64,000 nucleotides of DNA from contig OX597842.1 in the NCBI GenBank assembly GCA_951406725.2, forward strand, positions 5,270,001 to 5,334,000, given 5' to 3'. Position numbers and translations under genes: made by a program. The first letter of the stretch is position 1; each line of letters opens with the position of its first letter. Below, in pieces: positions 1 to 12,829 of this stretch. Source of the DNA: Octopus vulgaris (taxonomy: Eukaryota). Under the pieces are notes generated by a model. It saw nothing but the letters and a program-made list of their open reading frames with translations. It made no database searches and was not told the origin of the DNA.

Positions 1-62
1 ACACACACACTCGAACATATATATACATGTATGCATATATATATATACACACATACATTCAC

Positions 63-94
<32 letters not shown>

Positions 95-362
95 CGTGCC
101 AGTGGCACGTAAAAAGCACCATCCGATCATGGCCGTTTGCCAGCCTCGCCTGGCACCTGTGCTGGTGGCACGTAAAAAGCACCTACTACACTCACGGAGT
201 GGTTAGTGTTAGGAAGGGCATCCAGCTGTAGAAACACTGCCAGATCATACTGGGCCTGGTGCAGCCTTCTGGCTTCCCAGACCCCAGTTGAACCGTCCAA
301 CCCATGCTAGCATGGAAAGCGGACGCTAAATGATGATGATAATATATATATATATATATATT

Positions 363-879
363 TGGTTAATATCTAGATCCGCACCCGGTGGGAAAAATGA
401 GATCCGCACCCGGTGGGAAAAATGGAAACGAAAATGTGTAACAGTTGTAAGGCATCGTATATTGACGGAATAAGACGGGAAAAAAGCGCGCTGACAAACG
501 GGGGGGGGGGGCTCGGGAAATTCCCAGGATCAACCGTAGAGGCAAAAATGGAAAAAAATATGTGTAACAGGTGTTTAAACGCATTTCACACACATAGCCC
601 AATGTCATAATTCAAAACTAACGCAGCGAAAATTTTGAAAAGTTCCCCCAGTTCTGAAAAAAATCGATAAATTCGACATGGGGTCGCGAATCAGAAACAC
701 AATGGTGAAAATTGATGGTAAATTTTTCTTTAAATCGTAGGCAATTTTCCGAGCCCCCTCCCCCCCCGTTTGTCAGCGCGCTTTTTTCCCGTCTTATTCC
801 GTCAATATACGATGCCTTACAACTGTTACACATTTTCGTTTCCATTTTTCCCACCGGGTGCGGATCTAGATATTAACCA
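363..879. mobile_element. Young MITE with ~140-bp near-perfect TIRs
   Basis: TGGTTAATATCTAGATCCGCACCCGGTGGG... / ...CCCACCGGGTGCGGATCTAGATATTAACCA, set in a TA-repeat context. 25-bp tandem duplication in the left TIR. Confidence 0.9.
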
Positions 880-1036
880 TATATTTATATATGAATATAT
901 ATACACACATAAATGTATATGTCTATATGTATAGACATATAAACACACATATACACACAACCACAAATACCATTTCATGAGCAACATCCCATGCTGTCAT
1001 GTGATGAATATGTCATCTTGGCCAATGTCGTCTTAA

Positions 1037-1996
1037 CCTTTCAGTGTTCATATTTATTCTGTCAAATGTAATACTAATTAATTCATTTTGTTTCCAACTA
1101 TTCAAGCATTTATTTAGATTTCACAGATATTTGTCCTCACCTTGTTTGTTGTTAACTTAACATTTCGACTGATATACCCTCCAGCCTTCATCAGGTGTCT
1201 TGGGAAATTTCAAACCTGGGTTCTCATTCCTAAGGTATTTTTCAATGTTATTATCATCATTATTATTCAGTGTCACTGCCTGGAATTGAACTCGGAATCT
1301 TGGGGTTAGTAGCCCATGCTCTTAACCACTACACTGTGGACATATGGCGTAGTGGTTAAGAGCGCGGGCTACTAACCCCAAGATTCCGAGTTCAATTCCA
1401 GGCAGTGACCTGAATAATAATAACAACAATGAAAAATACCTTAGGAATGAGAACCCAGGTTTGAAATTTCCCCAAGAGACCTGATGAAGGCTGGAGGGTA
1501 TATCAGCTGAAACATGTTAACAAACAAGATGAGGACATTACGGAGATGTACTTGCATAGCAAGTGACCTGATCTGAGATCGTGTGCTGGAACAAAAACAA
1601 TTGCAGCGTGGAAGGTGTTTATAAGCCATTTAAGAAACACACAAAATCCATTAGATTCACTTCAATATTTAAATTTAATTTGTCTCAAAGAGACAAAAAT
1701 ATTTTGACAAATTAAATTTAAATGTTGAAGTGAATCTAATGGTTTTTGTGTGTTTCTTAAATGGCTTATAAACACCTTCCACACTGCAAGATGAGGAGAA
1801 ATATCCGTCAAATGTAAGTAATGTACATAATTCCTCATCTCTTAAATATAGAACTGTAATCAGGCATTATCTTGTCACTTCAAGATTTTGATAATGTGAT
1901 TAATTCTTAGAGTCATATTGTAGTGTTGTTGTGAGAGGTCTGATCTGGCCAAGTACAATAATTTGGCCAGGTATGGCTGGTTTTAATACTAAAGGG
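1037..1996. mobile_element. piggyBac-like MITE carrying nested palindromic insertions
   Basis: TTAA-CCTTTCAG...CTAAAGGG-TTAA ends. Confidence 0.6.
1115..1857. mobile_element. Palindromic element: head-to-head tRNA-like heads plus a hammerhead-like motif in each arm
   Basis: Arms 1115-1332 and 1348-1535 are inverted copies. A box TGGCGTAGTGG, B box GAGTTCAATTCC, then CTGATGA-a-GGCTG..CAGCT-GAAAC. Confidence 0.8.
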
Positions 1997-2668
1997 TTAA
2001 ACACAACTACAACAGTTATCTGGTGAACTTAGCTGTTGACTTCTTTGTTATGGTGCCCCTGGGTATACATAACACCACCAAAAACACTAAACAGGTTATC
2101 CAATGCAATGTGACCTGAAATGGCCTTGGAGCATATGTAATTCTAAATCTCACTTATCTTTTACTTCAATTATTAGACTGTGGCCATGCTGGGGCGTCAC
2201 CTCGAAGAATTTTGGTTGAATGAATTGACCCCAGTACTTAACCAACTTGCCAAAGGTGCCACTCAGTGGGACTGAACCCGAAACTATGGTTGATTGAGAA
2301 GCAAACTTCTTATTTCTTTATTGTCCACAAGGGGCTAAACATAAAGGGGACACACAAGGACAGACAAACTGATTAAGTCAATTATATTGACCCCAGTGCA
2401 TAACTGGTACTTATTTAATCGACCCCCAAAAGGATGAAAGGCAAAGTCGACCTTGGCAGAATTTGAACTCAGAACGTAAAGACAGACGAAATACCACTAA
2501 GCATTTCGCCCGACGTGCTAACGATTCTGCCAACTCGCCGCTTTCTTACCACACAGCTACACCTGTATGTGTGTGTGTGTGTATTCATATTCACACACAT
2601 ATCTATATAATTCATAGATGTATTACTGTGTGTTAAAATTAACATTTTCCCTATAGGAATAATAACAA

Positions 2669-3017
2669 CTAGCAGTATCGCTCAAGTTTGTTTCGACCCT
2701 TTAGAATTGGAATTTTTGAAAAATAAAAATTTTGCCTTATGTAGCTTGTTATTCTCTTTAAGTGAACATTTTTCTGGTTGAAATACACCGAAAAATGGTA
2801 ACACAGCAGTCAAAAATTCGTAAAAAATAGGGATTTTCATAGAAGAAAAGCACCTTTATGATGTAAATAAATGTTGGTGTTAATATGGTCCAAGCCTTCT
2901 TCTATCATACTCTCAATTTTGGTCAACTTGCGCCATAGGGTCTCGGAGGAGATAGTGTTAGATGAAGGCTACCAAACCTGCCATACACAGACAACTTCAG
3001 CTTTATATAGAGAGAGA
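2669..3017 (-). mobile_element. Non-autonomous Helitron
   Basis: A|TC...CTAG|T ends; internally deleted homolog of 21505-21897. Confidence 0.8.
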
Positions 3018-3196
3018 TAATCATAATAATAATGACCCTTTCTACAATAGGCACAAGCCCTAAAATTAGGTGGGAGAATGTAAGTCAATTACATCAACCC
3101 CAGTGCTCAACTGGTACTTATTTCATCAACCCCAAAAGGTTAAAAGGCAAAGTTGACCTTGGCAGAATTTGAACTCGGAACCAGCAAGAGCCTTAA

Positions 3197-3415
3197 CCCT
3201 TTTGAGACACACAGTGTTTTTGGTATGTGTAGCCAAAAAGACCAAATTCTTTTTTCTATTAAGATACATCTACTGAAAGGTGATCTCTGATTGGCTGTTA
3301 AACTTCAAAACCAACCATTCACAAAGTTTGTTCCATCAGGCTGATTGATAGGCCTCAGAGTCCTTTCAGCTTTTATCTCTTGGGCCGATCAATTGGCCTG
3401 AGTGTCCCAAGAGGA
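3197..3415. mobile_element. piggyBac-like MITE
   Basis: TTAA-CCCTTTTGAGACAC...GTGTCCCAAGAGGA-TTAA. Confidence 0.6.
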
Positions 3416-3809
3416 TTAAGTATAATAATAATCATCATAATCATCGTTTAACGCCCACCTTCCATGCTAGAATGGGTTGGACGATTTTGCCTGAGGTCTG
3501 GCGAACCAGATGGCTGCACCAGGCTCCAATCTTGATCTGGCAGAGTTTCTACAGCTGGATGCCCTTCCTAACATCAACAACCCCATGAGTGTAGTGGGTG
3601 CTTTTACGTGCCACCAGCACAGGGCCAGTCAGGTAGTACTAGCAACGACTTCGCTGGTAATGATCACACTTGAATGGTGCCCTTTAAGTTCCACTGGCAC
3701 GGAAGCCGGTTAGCCGCTCTGTCAATGATCACACTCGCATGATGCTCTTTGCACCCTGCTAGCACGGACGCCAGTCATCGAATTTGATTTTGATTATAAT
3801 AATAATATG

Positions 3810-4760
3810 CCCTGATGCAGTACCATGGCTTCTGATCTTAACTGATTGGAAGTGTTATCATGTACATTGTTTTGTCTTGGTGTAAAAGATGGGCTACAGC
3901 AAATATTCTGCTCAATGCCACAGATTTGCTTGTCAGTTGTTTGACCTTAACCAGTTGACCATGTCCCTTAGTGGCTGACGATATGTGCATCTCTGATCAC
4001 AAGCAGGAGTAGTGGGGGAGCATCATAGCCATGTGTTGAGAGGGATTCTTTGGGGTTTGGATAATTCACCTCTGGGAACAAGAGTGTTTGGTTGAACATC
4101 CTTAAACAACCCTTATTCAGGGACCTTTTGAGCAGGATGGGTTACTCGACCAGAAGAAAATTGTAACTGGGCCCCACCTGCAAGGTCTATCTTGATATGA
4201 GATCACCATGTCGCGCACATATGGTTGTGATGCATGTGCCTAGTGTACCCTTATCAGACGGGTAGTCATGATGGGTATACTGGGCTTCGCATATTTTACC
4301 CCAGTGTCACTTTATTGGCATGCACTGCCCTTATTCAGAGACCTTTCGAGCAGGAATGGGTAACTTGACCTGAAGAAAATTCTAACTGAACCCCACCTGC
4401 AAGGTCATGTGCTGTTTATCTCAGATCATGAGCAGAAGTAGTGGGGGAGCATCATAGCCATGTGTTGAGAAGAATTCTTTGGGGTTTGAATAATTCACCT
4501 CTGGAAACATGGGTGTTTTGTTCAACATCCTTAAACAGCCCTTATTCAGGGACCTTTTGAGCAGGATGGGTTACTTATCTTCAAGAAAATTCTAATTGGC
4601 CCCACTGGCAAGGTCATGTACTGTTTATCTTGATACGAGATCACCATAGCACACGTGGGTGCATGTGCCTGATGTACCCTTATCAGATGGGTAGTCATAA
4701 TGGGTACATTGAGCTTTATACATATGCACCCCAGTGTCACTGCATTGCTCTCTCACTCAG
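3810..4760. repeat. Unclassified interspersed repeat with an internal ~330-bp duplication
   Basis: 3995-4330 is duplicated at 4425-4740. Confidence 0.65.
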
Positions 4761-5499
4761 TAATAATGATTTCAAATTTTGGCACAAGGCCAGAAAATTC
4801 AGTATTCAGCTGATGACATCGACCCTAGTATTCTGCTGGTACTTAACCCCAAAAGGAGGAAAGGCAAAGTCAAACTTAGCAGAATTTGCACTCTAAATGT
4901 AAAAACAAAGTAATAATAATAATAACAATAATATTGATTCCCAATTTTGGCACAAGGCCAGTAAGTTCAGGGGAGGAGTATGCTGGTTACATCAACCCCC
5001 ATACACAGCTGGTACTCATTTTATTGACCCCTGAAAGGATGAAAGGCAAAGTCGACCTCAGCAGAATTTGAACTCAGAACGCAAGGACAGATGATATGCC
5101 GCTAGGCATTTTGCCCAGCTTGCTAACAATTCTGCCAGCTCAGCGCCTTAATAATAATAATAATCCTTTCTACTAAAGGAACAAGGTCTGAAATTTGGGA
5201 GAGGGGTTTAGTTGATTACATTGACTCCAGTACTAAACTGGTACTTAATTGATTGACCCCAAAAGGATGAAAGGCTAAAATCAACCTCAGCTTTACCTTT
5301 CATCCTTTTAGGGGTCAATAAAATAGGTACCAGATGAGTACTGGGGGGAGGTCGATGTAATTGATAATCCTTTCTACTATAGACCCAAGGCCTATTACAC
5401 TGACCCAGTGTACTTATTTCAGGACCCTGAAGGGATGAAAGGCAAAGTTGGCCTCAGCAGAATTTGAACTCAGAATGTGAAGACAGAGATAATAATAAT

Positions 5500-5915
5500 A
5501 AGGCGAGCTGGCAGAAATGTTAGCATGCCGAGTGAAATGCTTAGTGGTATTTCGTCTGCCGCAACGTTCTGAGTTCAAATTCCACTGAAGTCTTACTTTG
5601 CCTTTCATCCTTTCGGGGTCGATTAAATAAGTACCAGTTATGCACTGGGGTCGATATAATCGACTTAATCCGTTTGTCTGTCTTTGTTTGTCCTTTCTGT
5701 GTTTAGCCCCTTGTGGGCAGTAAAGAAATAAGTATTTCGGCTGCTGCAACGTTCTGAGTTCAAATTCCGCCAAAGTCGACTTTGCCTTTCATCCTTTAAG
5801 GGTCGATAAATTAAGTACCAGTTACACACTGGGGTCGATATAATCGACTTAATCCATTTGTCTGTCCTTGTTTGTCCCCTCTGTGTTTAGACCATTGTGG
5901 GTAGTAAAGAAATAA
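5500..5915 (+). mobile_element. SINE family B (tRNA-like head, Meta/MESC-like GCCTTTCATCCTTTCGGGGTCGATAAA..GTACCAG), representative copy
   Basis: More than 25 copies or fragments; tandem multimers at 53520-54080(+) and 54860-55572(-). Confidence 0.88.
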
Positions 5916-6289
5916 ATAAATAAATAATAATAATAATCCTTTCTACAAAAGGCACAAGGCCTGAAATTTTGGGGGTGGGAACTAGTCAATTGCATTGACC
6001 CCAGTGCATAACTGGTACTTAATTCATCAAGCCTGAAAGGATGAAAGACAAAGTCGACCTCAGCAGAATTTGAACTTAGACTAATAATCATAATAATTAT
6101 AATAATGGTTTCAAATTTTGGCACAAGGCCAGAATTTCCGGGGGAGAGAATAAGTTGAGTACATTGACCCCTAGTGCACAACTGGTATTTATTTCATTGA
6201 CCCCGAAAGAGCTTAATGACAAATTGGCTTCGGCAGAATTTGCATTCAGAATGTAAGGACAGAGATAATAATAATAATTAATTCGTTTA

Positions 6290-6850
6290 TAGGCCACAAG
6301 GGCTAACAAAAATTAATTAATACATAAAGGGACAAAACACAGGATGAAAGTTAAAAAGGGTTTTGTCCGTTTGAAAAAAAAAAAACGTGTAAAAATTCCA
6401 GAGATAATGAAAATTTAACAATTGAAATTCCCAATAGGGGGAGGCGCTTCGAAAGGTTACTCATGGAAAAACCCATAAAAGCCACGGGAGCCTGGTCAAA
6501 AGGGGGGTAGAGAGCCCCTTTCTCCTTTTATATTACCTTTTTAAATCACAGGTGAATCCTCAGAATTGGTCCGTTCACACTATCCATTCTTGCGACATTC
6601 ACCCACCTTTCAATAAACTTGCTACGAGACAGCACTTCCCTCTCTACTCTCATCTTCCTTTCTAAGTGAAACTTGAAAAAGTTGATGAGGCCTGGGGCAA
6701 AGACGAAAGTGTCTGACCTTAGCCCTGTCAAACGAGTCCACCATATCACCTCTTTCGCTACAGCCACTAGGCAAAGGAAAACTGCCTTGCCCTCCCGATT
6801 AAAGGAGGTCGACGGGGCTATCCTCACAATAGATTCAGCTGATAGCCAAT
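6290..6850 (-). mobile_element. L1/Tx1-like LINE 3' end (ORF2 C-terminus plus UTR)
   Basis: LVAVAKEVIWWTRL...RVEREVLSRSKFIERW resembles Tx1-type ORF2 tails. Confidence 0.6.
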
Positions 6851-7472
6851 AATAATAATCCTTTCTACTATAGGCACAAGCCCTGAAATCAGTGGGGAGG
6901 GGTAAGTCAATCACATCGACCCCAGTGCATAACTGGTACTTAATTTATCGACCCTGAAAAGATGAAAGGCAAAGTTGACCTCGGTGGAATTTTGAACTCA
7001 GAACATAAAGACAGGTGAAATACCCCTAAGCAATTAGCCCGGCATGCTAACGACTCTGGCAACTTGCTACCTTAATAATAATAATTAATAAAACACTGAA
7101 TGGTCTAATATAATTTTTCCTGATTAATTCATGTCATACAGGTTGGTATCATTAACACCAAGTCTTATTCAAATAGATCTAAGATATTCCAGTCATGGCC
7201 ATCCAATCTGATTTTCTAACAGAGTATTGTAAACTACATAATTCAATCTTTATTCTGTATTTGGGGTTTTTTTTGGTCCTTTTTTTTTTGGTCAGTGTGA
7301 TCGAAGAGATGTTTGCCTACTATTTTTAGCAGGCCACATGACCACTGACGGGGTTTGTAATTATGTTGTTTTATTGCAAGTTTAGATAACCAACCATGCG
7401 CATTCTGTGAAGCTAGAGTGTTCTGGACGGAGATACAGACGGACTGACTAACAGACAGACGTATATAAATGT

Positions 7473-7513
<41 letters not shown>

Positions 7514-7649
7514 CTAGATGGACAGAGGGGTAAATCAATGAATGAATGCACAGATTGATACTTACATATTAATGGGGAGAGAGAGAGAGAGAGAGAGAGA
7601 ATAAGTTAGATAGATGAAGAATACACAGCCAAACGGATGTAATTATGCA

Positions 7650-7750
7650 TGTATTGATAGATAGATAGATAGATAGATAGACAGACAGACAAATAGATAG
7701 ATAGATAGACAGACAAATAGATAGACAGATAGACAGACAAATAGATAGAC

Positions 7751-7781
<31 letters not shown>

Positions 7782-8017
7782 CAGAGAGACAAATAGACAG
7801 ATAGATAGATAGACAGAGAGACAAATAGACAGATAGATAGATAGAGAGATAGATAGAGAGATAGATAGATATGTTTCTTTATTAGCCACACAGACAGGAC
7901 AAAATTACAAGGTAGAGCTTTTCTTTGGGGGGTAAAAAAGGGGGTTTGGTTTTCGATCAAAAGGGATCGTAGATAGATAGACAGACAGACAAAAAGATAG
8001 GTAGATAGATAGATATG

Positions 8018-8109
<92 letters not shown>

Positions 8110-8310
8110 CAGACAGGTAGATAGTCAGACGGGTAGATAGATAGACAGACGGGTAGATAGACGGACAGATAGATAGACGGGTAGATAGATAGACAGACGG
8201 GTAGATAGATAGACAGACGGGTAGATAGACGGACGGGTAGATAGACGGACAGATATATAGACGGGTAGATAGATAGACGGGTAGATAGATAGACGGGTAA
8301 ATAGACAGAC
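7650..8310. repeat. (GATA/GACA/GACG)n compound microsatellite
   Basis: Seen directly. Other large SSRs: (CA)/(TACA) 10999-11212, (TA/TG) 13480-14240, (CAT) 14458-15115, (CAC) 15512-15910, (AAT) 19574-20090, (ATT) 29740-30140, (TA/TG) 57525-58290 and 60225-60690. Confidence 0.97.
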
Positions 8311-8491
8311 AGGTAAAAAGAGAGACAGAGTAACCAACATACAGGTAGATAGGTGTATAGGACTAATGCTCGGAAGACAGAGATAGATATATGGATAAAA
8401 ATATACACTTATATAAAAGCGAAACTAACGGACATCTACAGGCACACGGATAGAGACAAGACGGGAATGCGAATCCATGGCGATACTTTAC

Positions 8492-8757
8492 CTGTAGATT
8501 TCACTGCGGGAATCAGAGCTGACATCATCTATAATTTTCATGTTGATGGTAGTTGGAGTGATGCAGGAGATATTTGGAAAAGTAGTAGCGGTTATTGTTG
8601 CTGCTGTTGTTGTAGTAGCTGTAGTGTTATTAGTAGAAAGAGTTGTTGATGCTGTATTAGTTGTAGGTGTTAATGTCGGGCTGTCTCCGCATTCGCTTTC
8701 GTCGCTCGGTAGTGGGACATCAACTAGCTGTTTGTCACACTCTTTAGACATCCTCAT
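8492..8757 (-). CDS. Probable first coding exon of an unidentified gene (Thr-rich N-terminus)
   Basis: MRMSKECDKQLVDVPLPSDESECGDSP...IIDDVSSDSRSEIY(R) ends at donor TACAG|GTAAAG (phase 2). In-frame upstream TGA. Preceded by about 2 kb of SINE-free, CpG-containing 5'UTR/promoter-like sequence. Confidence 0.6.
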
Positions 8758-10443
8758 GAAAAGCAACGATGGAGTTGGCTTGACTCACCGCTGCTCAGAT
8801 TGTAATACAGTGCAGTGAAAGATATATATTGATATATATATATATGTGTGTGTAGCAGCTCAACGATATAAAATATATGTCTTCAGTGTATATATAGAGG
8901 AAGAAAATTGGATAGATGTATGTATAGATTGGTATATTTTAAGGAAGAAGCTGAGCGAATATTTAAGGAGTCGCTAGATTTTTGCTATATGCAACCATTC
9001 ATACACACAAAAAAATAATAATATTCTGTATGAGTAATCTCCTTTGCACCGCCAAATGTATATATTATATATATATTAACATACAAAACTGATTCCAGTA
9101 ACAGACAATCTACAATTCGTAATTTAATATATATATAGATATAGATGGAAGAAAATTTGGTTATTTGGTAATGAAGCTTCTCGGAGCTTCTCGTTTATAT
9201 GCGATGATTCAGACGGATAAAATAATATATATGTATATAGGCAGTGCTCTTTCTGTAGTATGTACAACTACCACACGTCTATGTATGTATATTAATATAC
9301 AGCACTAGGGCGTGTTGACACCAGAGACGCTGTGACACCGTCCGTATAGAAGATACTGATATATATGATATATAATGTATGTATGTGTGTGTATATATGA
9401 TATACAGTATCGATTAGCACTCTAGACAGTCAGTCAATACTCAATTTAGATATAAATGGGCCGCAGTAGAGAGAGATAGGGGAGAGAGTCAGACAGGCAT
9501 GCGGGACAGATAGACAAACAAACGGTCGGACGGATGGACAGGTTGGGGAAAGAAAATGATTTTTTTAATGTATTTGTAGGTAAATAGATGTATATATATG
9601 TGTGTATGTGTGTGTTAATATATATGGGTGTCTGTGTCTGTGTTTCAATTCGGGAATGAATCAGAAATGCTGTTATTTTTAAGCAAGCTCAAAGCTGGGA
9701 TGTCAAAAGTCAGTGTTAATGTATTTTAGAAACAGCTCGACAATGGATGGAGATGAAGATGATGCAAGCAGAGAGATAATAATAATAATAAATAATAATA
9801 TATTAATCCATTCGAAATGTTAGTAAATGTTAGCAAGGGACAGACATATATATATATAGTATATATGTATTATATATACTTATATATATGTGTGTGTATG
9901 TATATATAGATGTGTGTGACTCTTGTTTCAATTCGGAAATAATTAAGATAAGCTGTAATTAAAGCGAGTTCGAAGCTGGGATATGAAAAGTCAAACGGTA
10001 TTGTGTTAATATATTAGTAAGACAGCCCCACAGTTGATGGAGAAAATTGATGAGGATGCAAGCAGAAGGAATAATAATGATGATAATAATAATATATAAT
10101 ATATAATAATAATATATATTAATCCATTCGAAACGTATTGAACACTTGGTTAGTAAATGTTAGCAATAAACATATATATGTGATAATATATACGTCCGTA
10201 GAAGTGATCAAATAGGACTTACAGCAGGTAATTAATTAATTAAGACGAGGTCTGAAGGCAATTATCGATCTTCGCCTTTCGCCAGCGCACTTGCTTGCTG
10301 CTTACACGTAGCGCCACCAGGCGACATTCGTCGGCGTCAGAAGGAATTAAGGAAGAGAGAGTGAGAGAGAGGGAGGGAGAAAGTTATGAGGAATCAGAGG
10401 AGATGCCAAGGGTCGATAACTCTCGTTCGTTCTCGTGACTCAC

Positions 10444-10545
10444 CGCCTGTTGCTGCTAATATTGCCGCTGCTGCTGCTGTTGCTGCTGCTGTTGATGCCG
10501 CAGCTGCTGCTGCTGCTACTGCAAACACCTGTTATCGTTGTTGTT

Positions 10546-10582
<37 letters not shown>

Positions 10583-10750
10583 TTCTCTGTCATTCGTTCT
10601 TTCTCTTTCGTTTCTCTTTCACTTCCTCTCTGATTCTCAAACTATTTCTCCTTGTTTCTCTCTGCTTTTCTCTCTCTCTCTCTCTTTCTCATCCTTCTTT
10701 CTCTCTCATACAACGCAGCCAAGCGCTTGCCAAGCAAAACAAAACCGATT
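10444..10750 (-). other. Candidate non-coding 5' exon or promoter-proximal region of the 8.5 kb gene
   Basis: GA-repeat and CAG-rich leader ending in donor GCG|GTGAGT (GT at 10443-10442). CpG-rich neighbourhood at 10260-10340. Confidence 0.4.
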
Positions 10751-10995
10751 TAGGGACCCTCTGGATGATGGGGGCGTAACGTTTAAGGGTTCTTTTATTC
10801 TTCGACTTCTTTCAGTCATTTGACTGCGGCCATGCTGGAGCACCGCCTTTTAGTCGAACAAATCGACCCCAGGACTTATTCTTTGTAAGCCTAGTACTTA
10901 TCATATCGGTCTCTTGGGCCGAACCACTAATTTACGGGGACGTAAACACACCAGCATCGGTTGTCAAGCGACGGTGGGGGGAACAAACAAACAAA

Positions 10996-11097
<102 letters not shown>

Positions 11098-11384
11098 TAC
11101 ATACATACATACATACATACATACATACATACATACATACATACATACATACATACATACATACATACATACATACATACATACATACATACATACATAC
11201 ATACATACATACGATGGGCTTCTTTCAGTTTCCGTCTACCAAATCCACTCACAAGGCTTTGGTCGGCCCGAGGCTATCATAGAAGACACTTGCCCAAGGT
11301 GCCACACAGTGGGACTGAACCCAGAACCATGTGGTTGGTAAGCAAGCTACTTACCACACAGCCACTCCTTCACCTATATATTTT

Positions 11385-11740
11385 GTAAGGGTTCAAAACT
11401 TAAGGCTTCAGCATTTTAAATTTCAGAGCTCATCCTTTTTTAAGGGATTAAAATTCAAAAGTTCAATTTTTTTTAAGGGTCTAAAACTTAGGGGTTCAAA
11501 ATTTAAGGGTCCATACTTTTTTGAGGATTTAAAATTTAAGAGTTCAATTTTTTAAAGGATTAAAATTTAAGGCTTCAGCATTTTTTAAGGGTTCAAAATT
11601 TAGGGTCCATCTTTTTTAAGGGCTTAAAATTTGAGAATTCAATTTTTTTAAGGGTTTAACTTTTTTAAGGGACCAAAATTTAAGGGTTCAAAATTTTTTT
11701 CAATTGTTCAAAATTTAAGATACGCATCCAATTTAAGATA
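11385..11740. repeat. Degenerate minisatellite (AAGGGTTCAAAATTT-based)
   Basis: Repeated TTTTTTAAGGG..AAAATTTAAG units. Confidence 0.8.
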
Positions 11741-12042
11741 AACCTCACCCAATGTACCGGTTTATATTTCTCTCTCATAAGCCCCTGGAAGAGACAAGGG
11801 GGTAGGGCTTTACCAGATTGTCCTGGCAGACATTCCTTTCATATGAGAAGCTAAGGAATCTACTCAACTATAATTTGATACCCCACTCCACAGAGCCTGT
11901 TTCTTCATAGGTAAACAGGTATTGTTTTGGGACCTTAGGTTCTTAAATTTGGTTATCAAGATTCCATGGCATATGACAGCAGGAAGGACACTTACTAAAC
12001 CATTCCAAAGCACACTAAGACAGTTAAGGTGACTTGAAGCAT

Positions 12043-12670
12043 TTATCACCTTCACCTTAGCGAAGGCAGAGGTATTGTTTTCAGTCACATTTGTTTGTCT
12101 GTGGACAAAATATCTCAAGAACTGCTGGATGGATTTGGATGAAACTTTCACGGATGTTTGGCCTCGGGACTGGCACAAAGTGATTAGATTTTGGGATCGA
12201 TCCAGTACCGGACAAGGATTCTGGATTATTTTTCCTGTTTTTTTATTTCATTTTTTGAGAGAGGTCAGGTTCATTTTTTAATATTCCCTTTTGTGAGAGC
12301 AGTTAAGTTTATTTCAGATATTCTCATTTTAAGAGTCATGTCCAGCTAATTATTATTATTATTATTATTACCTCTGCCTTAGCGAGGGCAGAGGTATTGT
12401 TTTCAGTTACATTTGTTTGTTTGTTGGCCATGGACCAAATATCTCAAGAACTGCTGGATGGATTTGGATGAAACTTTTAGGGATGTTAGGCCTCATGACT
12501 AGCACAAACAGATTAGATTTTGGGATCAATCCGTTACCGAACAAGGATTCTGGATTATTTTTCCTGTTTTTTTACTTAATTTTTGAGAGCAGTCAGGTTC
12601 ATTTTCAGTATTCTCATTTGCAGTCAAATTTATTTCAGATATTCTCATTTTAAAAATCATCTCCGGCTAA
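12043..12670 (+). mobile_element. Two tandem Helentron/HINE-like non-autonomous elements
   Basis: TTATTACCTCTGCC..GGCAGAGGT hairpin start, then GTTT/GTCT microsatellite and AATATCTCAAGAA..GATGAAACTT, present twice. Confidence 0.55.
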
Positions 12671-12829
12671 TTCAGCTGGAGACAATATCAATATTTTCTC
12701 CCTACTGTAGGGGTTCTTATGAAACAAGGGAGCCCTTCTTAGTTGCTCAACCTACTTGAGATAGCAATGAAGTCACCACTAAATCACATCTTAAGGTGTT
12801 GGATAAATTGGTCTTGAGCTCCTTGGAGA

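Noticed and set aside
1345-1412. tRNA-Ser(ACT) gene
   Set aside because: No long variable arm and a poor acceptor stem; it is a repeat head, not a functional tRNA.
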